In this document: positions 8,852 through 16,773 of the stretch, piece by piece | How positions within the stretch are numbered: the first letter of the stretch is position 1 | Layout: the number at the start of each line of letters is the position of its first letter | Origin: an uncultured Gammaproteobacteria bacterium | GTDB taxonomy: Bacteria; Patescibacteriota; Microgenomatia; Levybacterales; GWA1-39-11 | Direction: 5' to 3' | DNA length: 48,568 nucleotides | Assembly: GCA_964593215.1 (NCBI GenBank) | Contig: CAZQIA010000001.1 | Coordinates: forward strand, 1 to 48,568 | Notes under the pieces: model-generated | What the model was told of the DNA's origin: nothing | The model's input: only the letters and a program-made list of their open reading frames with translations | Databases searched by the model: none | Translations under genes and position numbers: made by a program

Positions 8852-9901
8852 TTAAACTTGGGCAGTTTTTGCAACTCCAAAAAGCTCTTGTCTTAATTTC
8901 TCACGCTGATCTACTGAAGTTATTTCAAGGGGAGGAAGAATGATGCCTGAAAGTTGAATAGTTACGTCAGAAAACTCCTGCTTTTTGAGTGTGTCTTCCA
9001 GGTGAATGGTGTATGTTCCGTTTGGCATGGGGGTAGCAGCAGCAAACGCACCATTTTGGTTAGTTCTAAATGTTCTTTGCGGGATTTTATTCTCATCTAA
9101 GAATTCTACAATAATATGCGGAAGCAATTTCCCTCTAGGATCTTTTACAACGCCTTTTATAACATTAGGGGCGTCAAACTGTGATGGCGCTTGTGCAGGA
9201 GCCTGTATGGATTGCGGTAAAGGCTGTGAAGAAGCTGTCTGTTCTGCGGGGGCTTGTTGAGCAGGCTGTTGTATGGGTGAGGGAACATCTGGTATATGTG
9301 GTTTTGCGTCTATATCAACGTGTGGTGGTTGGATGACGGGGGCAGGGGCTGTAAGAGGGTTTTCTTCAGGGGGAATTGCGTCCGCGTTTACAACTTTTGT
9401 CTGGGTTGGAATGGGGGAATCCGGATTTTTAAATAAATCTGAAAGAGAAGCTATGCCTTTTTGTTCGTCATCGTCAGGTTTAAAATATGTTCTAGAAAGT
9501 TTGCTAAATAAAAGCGCTTTATCAGAAGCTGCTGAGGATACTTGTTGTTGCTGTGCTGCCGCAGGCTTTATGTGCTGAGGCTTTGGGTTGAAATAAAAAT
9601 ACGGCATATCAACCCCCTTTTTGTGATATATGTACTGGTTTTCTGAAGGTATAGTTCTTATAAAATTTGCAATCATTTTGTCCATGGGCCTTCCGTCGAT
9701 TGGAATAAAAGCAAGCGCAAGGCCTACAACAGCCGGTAAAAACATGCACGGAATTTTAATAACTATAGGAATAGGCAAAAAATATAGAATAAGCGCAACT
9801 ACCCCTGCTCCCAACAGGTATAAAAATTGTTTAACGGTAATTGATCCTATAAGCCTAAATTTAAAACCAGTAACATCCTGCGGAATCGGGTGATTCTCCA
9901 T
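8852..9901 (-). CDS. PrgI/VirB3-like membrane protein fused to a P/Q/A-rich linker and a carboxypeptidase-regulatory-like beta-sandwich
   Basis: From the ATG at 9901: MENHPIPQDVTGFKFRLIGSITVKQFLYLLGAGVVALILYF..IPIDGRPMDKMIANFI, matching the PrgI family pattern. The C-terminus IKGVVKDPRGKLLPHIIVEF..TNQNGAFAAATPMPNGTYTIHLE is CarboxypepD_reg-like. The track ORF starts at a TTG at 9955. Confidence 0.6.
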   Translation of the reverse strand: MENHPIPQDVTGFKFRLIGSITVKQFLYLLGAGVVALILYFLPIPIVIKIPCMFLPAVVGLALAFIPIDGRPMDKMIANFIRTIPSENQYIYHKKGVDMPYFYFNPKPQHIKPAAAQQQQVSSAASDKALLFSKLSRTYFKPDDDEQKGIASLSDLFKNPDSPIPTQTKVVNADAIPPEENPLTAPAPVIQPPHVDIDAKPHIPDVPSPIQQPAQQAPAEQTASSQPLPQSIQAPAQAPSQFDAPNVIKGVVKDPRGKLLPHIIVEFLDENKIPQRTFRTNQNGAFAAATPMPNGTYTIHLEDTLKKQEFSDVTIQLSGIILPPLEITSVDQREKLRQELFGVAKTAQV

Positions 9902-10106
9902 ATCACTAAGAGTATTACGTGAAAATTTGTACTTCAAGATTACAAAGTGGGTCAAAAGGTGAGGAAAATGTGCCTAACGTGAAAACACTGCATCTTTCCT
10001 TGACACAGTGTTCTTTTTTACGATAGGATTAGATTGTTGGGCGCATGTTAAGATGCGGTGATTTTGATGTCAAGATAAAAACCCTACACGTTGATATTAT
10101 GGCATC

Positions 10107-10496
10107 ATGTTTAACCAAGTAATCTTATCAACAAAAAGATTTATTGATTATTACCATATGCCGTTTGCGGAAGATCATAAGAAACAGACAGAAAAAGACA
10201 TAGTAGAAATGGTTATTGGAGCACTTGAAGGGAGTACAATAACAGAAGGAGATGCGACAGCTATAGGCAAAATGGTTCTTGAGAGAATTGACAATATTGA
10301 AAATCAGGAAGAGCTAATACTGTTTCTTGAGGTTTTAACTGAGCGTTACCCATTTTTTGCACCTTTAGTATTAAAAGAAAAAGGGAAAGTAGAGGAAAAA
10401 ATTGAAAAACAAGTAGTAGAAAACGTAGAAGGATTAATTCAGAATGGGAATATAGATGAAGCGCTCGAGATGGTAAAAGGCGCAACGCAAAATTAA
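10107..10496 (+). CDS. Hypothetical acidic protein (129 aa)
   Basis: Clean ORF divergent from the PrgI operon. TGATATTAT lies at 10092-10100, six nt before the ATG. No family recognised. Confidence 0.5.
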   Translation: MFNQVILSTKRFIDYYHMPFAEDHKKQTEKDIVEMVIGALEGSTITEGDATAIGKMVLERIDNIENQEELILFLEVLTERYPFFAPLVLKEKGKVEEKIEKQVVENVEGLIQNGNIDEALEMVKGATQN

Positions 10497-10503
10497 TAAA
10501 CAT

Positions 10504-12423
10504 ATGCCAACAGCACCAACAACAGAAGCAAGACAAAGAGCAACAGAAGCAACTTTGCGCCCTGATGTTAAAATTACAAGGGTAAGCACTGAAGCTCAGA
10601 AAAAAGTTGCGAGACTTCAGGAAAAAGTGAAGGAGGAGCCTCGTGTTGCTATTGAGGACATGGCTACAGCTGAGCCTATAGATCCAGCAAAGATTGCTAA
10701 GTCTCAAGAAAACTATCAGTTTAAAAAAGCTGACGGATCAGCAGATACAACTACATACGCGGCACAGAAAAGTGATGAAAAAACTGCTGTAGACAGTTTG
10801 AAGCAATTTGTTGAAACAGGGGTAGTTACCGGAGGAATAGAGCAAAAAGTCTTAGACCATCTTGTAAAAGATGCTGTTATTAAAAAACAACTGGAGGCGT
10901 TTGTGGGAGCAGGAAACAGTATAGATTTGGGAAATGCAGATGTACGGGGTGCTGTAACAAAGATACTGGAAAACCCTGTATTTGTTCAAAGCTTAAGAGA
11001 TACATTAAGTGGAGCGCTTTCTGAGAGTACTTCAGAGCTAGGGGACACAATCGCTTCCAAAGAAAGAGCTTATGACGAGGCTAAGAGAAAATGGCAGAAA
11101 TCAAATGATGAATTAGTAAAACTAGAAGGATCCGTGACTACTCCAGGAAGCCTTGCAGAGAAAACCAATAAATTAAACACAGAGTTTGTTCGGGGTGCAG
11201 TAGGTGGGCCGCCAACAAAAGCAGATACTATTGCGAATTTGGAGGCTAATGAGGGGACGTTAAATCGTGAACTCTCAGTGCTTCAAGCGGCACAAGATAA
11301 AGACAACACAAGACTTGCAGCGTTACGTTCACAACGAGATGCAGCCTCTGCTAGTGGAAAAACAGGCGATGCAACAATAGCACAGAGGCAGATTGATGCG
11401 ATAGAAACTGCCATGAGAGAACGAGAGACCTTAGAGATTAAGCCGAGGGACGCACAGGTACAAGAATTAAATAACTTAAGACATGAGAGAGATAGTTTGA
11501 AAAAGGAAGTGGAGGAAACGATTCCGGCAAGAATAGAGCAGTTAAAAGATGAGCTAGTTGGTTTAAATGAGCAAAAATTTGCTACTCAAGCGGATTTTGA
11601 TAGGGCTACGTTAGAATTTAAAGATGCCGTAAATGGAAGAGTAAAGGGTTTTCAAGAAATGGCGGGAGCACAAGCAGTGCAATTTGTTAAGGCTGAGATA
11701 GCCCATGCACAAAACATAGAGCAAACACGTCTTCAAAAAGCCATAGAAAAGGCTGAGGCTGCCGGGGATAAACAACTTGCTGCACTTCTAAAATCCGTTG
11801 AGACTAGATGGGATTCTCCACGAGATCATAAGGTTGCGAAGTGGAAGAATGCTGAGATAAAGCCCGATGAGGCTAAGGTTAAGCCTGATCTGGATGTCTT
11901 ATTTGCAGGTGGGCCAGAGGAGCTCGGGAAGCAGCTGTTTCTTGAGACGGTCCCTGACCCATCAAATCCAGGCAAATTTATAACAAGAAGAGCTATTAAT
12001 CCAGAAACAAAAAGAGCATATAAAGATGATGAGATTAAGGCTGCCATGGAAAAAGAAGGATTTAAGCAGGTGCAGGAGGAGGCTGTTCAGAGAGTTTTAG
12101 GAAAAGCTTTAGAGTTAGGATTAGTAAATAAAGACAATGCTCAGCAAATTTTACAAACCACATGGGGAGTGGATGCTCTAAAAAAGGCACGAGAATGGAA
12201 TAAATCAGTTGATGAGCAATTAAAGCTTTTTGAGAAAAAATCCGGAATAAAAAACATACTTGATCCTAAGAATATTGCAGAATTGACAAAGAAAAATAAA
12301 AAGTTCTCACTCTGGCTTCTTTTAACCATGCTGAGTCCTGGTTTAGGGTTTATAGTGGGAAGCGGTTTGTTAACAAAGAGCATGATTTCATCTGGAGGAG
12401 AACATGGAGAAAAAGCGCACTAG
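10504..12423 (+). CDS. Hypothetical 639-aa coiled-coil protein with C-terminal membrane anchor
   Basis: Long charged helical sequence rich in E/K/A/Q. The only hydrophobic segment is near the C-terminus (FSLWLLLTMLSPGLGFIVGSGLL). No family recognised. Confidence 0.6.
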   Translation: MPTAPTTEARQRATEATLRPDVKITRVSTEAQKKVARLQEKVKEEPRVAIEDMATAEPIDPAKIAKSQENYQFKKADGSADTTTYAAQKSDEKTAVDSLKQFVETGVVTGGIEQKVLDHLVKDAVIKKQLEAFVGAGNSIDLGNADVRGAVTKILENPVFVQSLRDTLSGALSESTSELGDTIASKERAYDEAKRKWQKSNDELVKLEGSVTTPGSLAEKTNKLNTEFVRGAVGGPPTKADTIANLEANEGTLNRELSVLQAAQDKDNTRLAALRSQRDAASASGKTGDATIAQRQIDAIETAMRERETLEIKPRDAQVQELNNLRHERDSLKKEVEETIPARIEQLKDELVGLNEQKFATQADFDRATLEFKDAVNGRVKGFQEMAGAQAVQFVKAEIAHAQNIEQTRLQKAIEKAEAAGDKQLAALLKSVETRWDSPRDHKVAKWKNAEIKPDEAKVKPDLDVLFAGGPEELGKQLFLETVPDPSNPGKFITRRAINPETKRAYKDDEIKAAMEKEGFKQVQEEAVQRVLGKALELGLVNKDNAQQILQTTWGVDALKKAREWNKSVDEQLKLFEKKSGIKNILDPKNIAELTKKNKKFSLWLLLTMLSPGLGFIVGSGLLTKSMISSGGEHGEKAH

Positions 12424-12773
12424 GGATTAGGAGTAAGACCTGCTCCAGGAGTAGTTAGTTGCTCAATTCCTACTCCGGTAAATGTTGAGATAAATCTTAA
12501 GATCATAAAAGAGGAAAAAATAAACACGAGTCCAATTATTGCATAGGTTAAGCGTTTTCTTGCAGAGTCTACCTTTTCTTTATCTCCATTAGAAGTTACA
12601 TACTGAAACCCTGACCAGATAATTAAAAATACCGCAACTACTCCCGCAAGAATTAATGCTGCGTTGATAACATTCTGTAGCACTATCCAAACACAAGAAA
12701 GTTTAGGTGCAGTATTTGTATCTATTACTCCTCCATCATAACAGGCGCTCCAATCATTAGTTAATAGATTCAT
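12420..12773 (-). CDS. VirB2/TrbC-like T4SS pilin paralog 1
   Basis: Two hydrophobic helices flank the loop WSGFQYVTSNGDKEKVDSARKRL. The motif is shared with the ORFs at 12824, 13289 and the C-terminus of 13622..15298. Confidence 0.6.
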   Translation of the reverse strand: MNLLTNDWSACYDGGVIDTNTAPKLSCVWIVLQNVINAALILAGVVAVFLIIWSGFQYVTSNGDKEKVDSARKRLTYAIIGLVFIFSSFMILRFISTFTGVGIEQLTTPGAGLTPNP

Positions 12774-12823
12774 TTATTAAAGTGTACACAGAAAAGAAAG
12801 AGTAATTCAAGTGGCGATAAGGT

Positions 12824-13237
12824 TTATGTGGGTTTCTGATTAAGTGAAGGGATACTAAATCCTCCGTTAAGACTCTTTCCGGTTAAGACCTGAAGAACAG
12901 CATTGATAATTATGTATGCAAGAATAACTATAATAAGCCCTACAATGGCCGCGACAATTGTAGAACGTGCTGAATCAACTTTTCCTTTATCTCCGCCTGA
13001 CAGAATCCATCTTACACCTCCGTAGAGAAGGAAAATAAGAGATAAAACAATTCCTACAACAATAATTGCATTAATAATAAACGCAATGAGGCTGTTTATG
13101 TCTGTATTAACCCCTCCAATAGAGTTAGGCGCTGCTATTGCAATTGTAGGAACATCTGCAAATGCCATTCCGGAAGAAAGAAGAAGCATGCCTGTAGATA
13201 CTGAAGTAGCTAGAAGAGCATTTTTTGTAATTTTCAT
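12824..13237 (-). CDS. VirB2/TrbC-like T4SS pilin paralog 2
   Basis: Signal peptide ending in ..GMAFA. Helix-loop-helix YGGVRWILSGGDKGKVDSARSTIVAAIVGLIIV. Confidence 0.65.
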   Translation of the reverse strand: MKITKNALLATSVSTGMLLLSSGMAFADVPTIAIAAPNSIGGVNTDINSLIAFIINAIIVVGIVLSLIFLLYGGVRWILSGGDKGKVDSARSTIVAAIVGLIIVILAYIIINAVLQVLTGKSLNGGFSIPSLNQKPT

Positions 13238-13288
13238 GAATAATTATATTAGAGCATGGATTTATTGACTTGTCAAGATGACGAAAAC

Positions 13289-13618
13289 TTAGTATTTTCC
13301 AAGATTACTGAGATACTCAGACCCTAAAAGATATCCTATGGTTTGAACTATGGTAAAGGCAAGAATCATAACAATAATTCCCACTACTGAAAAGACAATA
13401 GTTCTTCTGGCGCGGTCAAGTTTACTTTTATCTCCTTGAGAAGTAATCCATAAGATTCCTCCGTATGTTGCAAAAATTACCGCAAAAACTACTCCCGCAA
13501 CCAGAAAAAGACTAATAAAGGTTTTTATGGTGTTTGCAGGGGCGTCTGCTCCTGCAGGTATGTTGGGAGGCGGAGTAATCCCCCCATATCCAGGTATACT
13601 AAGAGATAAATATTTCAT
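13289..13618 (-). CDS. VirB2/TrbC-like T4SS pilin paralog 3
   Basis: Helix-loop-helix YGGILWITSQGDKSKLDRARRTIVFSVVGIIVM. It starts 3 nt after the stop of the 558-aa gene. Confidence 0.65.
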   Translation of the reverse strand: MKYLSLSIPGYGGITPPPNIPAGADAPANTIKTFISLFLVAGVVFAVIFATYGGILWITSQGDKSKLDRARRTIVFSVVGIIVMILAFTIVQTIGYLLGSEYLSNLGKY

Positions 13619-13621
13619 ATG

Positions 13622-15298
13622 TTATCTTCCAAAGCCGGGAATGTGCAGTACATTTATTCCTATAAATTCTAGTATAGTTATACTTAAAATTAAGAAGATA
13701 AGCCCGGTTATAGCAGCTGTTATTTGTTCGCGTGCTTGTCCTATTTTTTCTTTATTTCCAGCTGACGTTAGAATAGTGTATCCTGCCCGTATGAAAAATG
13801 CAAAAGATGCAATTCCTCCTAGGCTTAACGCGATTGAGAACAAGTCACTTATAAACTCATTAGGTTTTGTATGTATAGAAAAGCCTAAGGCTGTAGGAAT
13901 AGAGCTGCAGAGGCCTGTATCAGGATCTGGTTTACAAATAGGCTCCGGGGTAATCATTTTTACTGGTTTATACTTCTCTTTCCCAAAAGGATCTTTTATA
14001 GGTGAGCCAAAATCTCCTCTGTCTATACAATTTGTGCCTTTCCCATCCTTACACGAAATATGACCCTGTCCAATTCTAAACGGAATGTCATAATAGGTAA
14101 AGTCACCTTCATGACACGTAGGGTTGTTTGCGTCAAAATTTCCATCGGTTCCATCCTTAATGCGTAATACATAGCTCCCAGGAGAAAGGTCAACTGGCAG
14201 GATGTGTGGATCATCGGGTGTCCATGTTTGAGGAAGGGTAACTTTAATTGTTTGCGGAGTTGTATTAGGACCTTTGATAAAAATACACTGGCTCGTAGTA
14301 GTTCTATAGTCACTTTCTGTGCTAAAAACCTTCACAAAGTAGTCGTTATATCTGTCTGCGTCATTTCTTCCTTTTTCATTTCTTCCCTGCATGGTTAGAG
14401 TAATTTCAGCAGTCTTTCTGGTATTGTCTACGTAGAGATCATCCCACTGTCCTGGAGGGATGGGACCTACGATGAGTGTTGAAGTGGGCGCAGTAATATC
14501 CGGATAAAAGTGTCCTACATAAAAAGACGCAATTCTTACTACATTATTTTGTAAAATGTCCTTGTCTTTTAAATCGCTTTTTCCGATGGCAAGATACATT
14601 CTGTAGGTGGTCTCAGGCCAAAACCAGTCAGAACCATCATCATTACATTCATCTTCGTCTCCATGTATTTTTCCTTTTAACCCTTTATTTCTGTCTCCGC
14701 AAACAGTATAGACCCCGTTTTCAGGGTTACTAACCGTTACCCACTCGTCTCCTTTGCAATCATTCAGGCTGTTTTTTGCGCACATATAATATTTTAAGCC
14801 TGCCTTATTAGAAGAAAGATCTTTAAGGTCTTTAAAAGAGAGGTTTACTCTGAAGACGCTTTCATCAACTACGCAATACTCTTTTGAATTTGCAAAATGA
14901 GTAGTATCTCCTTCCTGTACGCAATCAACCGGTTTATTGTTTTTATCGTCTGGGTAGAGTTTTTTTAGCGCATTCCTACAGGAAGATTCGCTCGTTCTAT
15001 TTGCGCCGCTTGCATTGTCCATGAGTTTTTGCTTGCTTTTTGATGCCGCTTTGTATGCGGCGTTTGCTTGATCTACGAATGCCCGGTCACAATTATTTGC
15101 ACAAATAGTACTACCGTTTTTTTCTCCCGGCTCAAGAAGTCCAGAGTCAAAAAGAAAGTATCCATTATCTGGGCACATGCTGCCTGTACTTGGAACGTTA
15201 AGAGGGAAAAATGCAAAAGTTCTATTAACGCCAACAGTGGGGAGTAAGATTAAGATAAAGATAAAACATATGAAAGCAAAGAAAAGAAATTTCCGCAT
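13622..15298 (-). CDS. Secreted Cys-rich 558-aa protein with a C-terminal VirB2-like pilin module (candidate pilus-associated adhesin)
   Basis: Signal peptide MRKFLFFAFICFIFILILLPTVGV..FA. About 470 aa follow, carrying many Cys. The last roughly 70 aa read SLGGIASFAFFIRAGYTILTSAGNKEKIGQAREQITAAITGLIFLILSITILEFI, the same motif as the three small pilins. Confidence 0.6.
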   Translation of the reverse strand: MRKFLFFAFICFIFILILLPTVGVNRTFAFFPLNVPSTGSMCPDNGYFLFDSGLLEPGEKNGSTICANNCDRAFVDQANAAYKAASKSKQKLMDNASGANRTSESSCRNALKKLYPDDKNNKPVDCVQEGDTTHFANSKEYCVVDESVFRVNLSFKDLKDLSSNKAGLKYYMCAKNSLNDCKGDEWVTVSNPENGVYTVCGDRNKGLKGKIHGDEDECNDDGSDWFWPETTYRMYLAIGKSDLKDKDILQNNVVRIASFYVGHFYPDITAPTSTLIVGPIPPGQWDDLYVDNTRKTAEITLTMQGRNEKGRNDADRYNDYFVKVFSTESDYRTTTSQCIFIKGPNTTPQTIKVTLPQTWTPDDPHILPVDLSPGSYVLRIKDGTDGNFDANNPTCHEGDFTYYDIPFRIGQGHISCKDGKGTNCIDRGDFGSPIKDPFGKEKYKPVKMITPEPICKPDPDTGLCSSIPTALGFSIHTKPNEFISDLFSIALSLGGIASFAFFIRAGYTILTSAGNKEKIGQAREQITAAITGLIFLILSITILEFIGINVLHIPGFGR

Positions 15299-15401
15299 AG
15301 ATTAATCATATGGGTTTGTTAACATTTGTGTCAAGCAAAGTTAGTTTTCCCCGTCTATCGTAGCTTGTGTTAAGCAAGACATAGTAAAGGTGGAAGAGAA
15401 T

Positions 15402-16721
15402 TTACTCGGTAAACAAATATCCGCGGCCTTTTACTGTGGTGATATGTGTAGGGTTGTTAGGATCTTCCTCAATTTTTTTTCTTACCCGATAGATAATTTG
15501 ATCAAGCGCCTGATCAGTTACGCCTTCTCTGGTTTGTGAATCTGTCCAGACGGAGGAAATAATTTCATCCTTCTCGCATACGCGTCCTTTATTTTGAATT
15601 AAAAATCTCAAGAGCTTAAATTCAGAAGAAGAAAGTTTGTTGGTTAATTTGTCTTTTCCCTGGGAAATCTCATTTGTTTGTGGATCATAGATAATTTTTT
15701 CTCCGGAAGGTTTAGGAAAGTCAGGCAGCCTTTTTTCCAGTAGTGGAATCTGAATTTTTCCGTTTTTTGTGAGCCCAACTTTTTCTAAATATTCTTCAGA
15801 AGAGTTTTCTTTAAATAAGTCTTGCTGTTCCTGGGGTAGAAGTGCGTCCCAAATTTCAAAAAGGGACGCTTTTATGGCACTTTTGGAAAGAAGAAATGAA
15901 GATAAATCTTTTGGGAACACTTCTTCTGAAAGTATGTTTTCAAAAGACGCCCTTAACAGTTTTCCGTGTCCTCCGGTTATGTCTAAAATTTCATGTTTTT
16001 TTTCTTCAGAGACCTTTTTTCCAGAAACCTTTTCTAAATAAGAGATTCTAAAATCATTTGCATAAGAATCAGAAAGAGCAAGAAATACAGTATTTCCTGC
16101 AATAAATTCATAATATTCAGAAATAACTGCAGGTTCCAGAATGTCCTCAAGCGGTCTATTTAATGCAAATACACAGGAAAATCTGTATTTTGCTCTGTTT
16201 CTTAAGATTTTTAAATCCAGAAAAAATTGAGAAATTACGTGCGGGACATACGTGTCAAATCTATCAAACAAAAAAATTACCGTCAACTCTTTCTCCACAC
16301 ATAAAAAGTCTATGGTTTTTTTAAGTGCTTGAGAAAGGATGAGCTCATCCTGGAATGAGAGTGCTTCTTTTAAAAACGTATTTACAGTTTCAGCTTCTTT
16401 ATCCATTTTGCGTTCTGAGAGAGAATAAGAAATAGAGATAATGATGAATTTTAATATGTCTAGGAGACTTCTTTCCTGCACCTCTGAAAGATCCATGTAC
16501 ACAAAGTGAAACCATTTGTAGTTCTCCCCAAGGTGTTTCAGGCGCACAGCGTTATTGTAGGCAAGAAGTCGTAGAAAGTTACTTTTTCCCACTCCGGGAA
16601 GCGCTAGGACTTGAACAGAGGACCCTTTTTTTACGTAGGAAATGAGCTCAGACACTTCTTTTTCTCGGGTAGCCTCAGGATATAAAGATTCAAAATGTGT
16701 ATGGTCTGAAGCAGGATTCAT
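15402..16721 (-). CDS. P-loop NTPase (AAA/STAND-like) fused to C-terminal OmpR/PhoB-type winged-helix DNA-binding domain
   Basis: Walker A LALPGVGKSNFL and Walker B-like VIFLFDRFD. The C-terminus LSSSEFKLLRFLIQNKGRVCEKDEIISSVW..TDQALDQIIYRVRKKIE..ITTVKGRGYLF is a Trans_reg_C signature. There is no receiver domain. Confidence 0.7.
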   Translation of the reverse strand: MNPASDHTHFESLYPEATREKEVSELISYVKKGSSVQVLALPGVGKSNFLRLLAYNNAVRLKHLGENYKWFHFVYMDLSEVQERSLLDILKFIIISISYSLSERKMDKEAETVNTFLKEALSFQDELILSQALKKTIDFLCVEKELTVIFLFDRFDTYVPHVISQFFLDLKILRNRAKYRFSCVFALNRPLEDILEPAVISEYYEFIAGNTVFLALSDSYANDFRISYLEKVSGKKVSEEKKHEILDITGGHGKLLRASFENILSEEVFPKDLSSFLLSKSAIKASLFEIWDALLPQEQQDLFKENSSEEYLEKVGLTKNGKIQIPLLEKRLPDFPKPSGEKIIYDPQTNEISQGKDKLTNKLSSSEFKLLRFLIQNKGRVCEKDEIISSVWTDSQTREGVTDQALDQIIYRVRKKIEEDPNNPTHITTVKGRGYLFTE

Positions 16722-16773
16722 GTGTACCTATTGTAAGGCGTTTATAAGGTTGATATCAAGTTAAAAAGAGGTT

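Noticed and set aside
13527-14063. 178-aa plus-strand ORF overlapping pilin 3 and the 558-aa gene
   Set aside because: It is antisense to two genes with strong paralog support. It crosses their intergenic junction and has no recognisable features.
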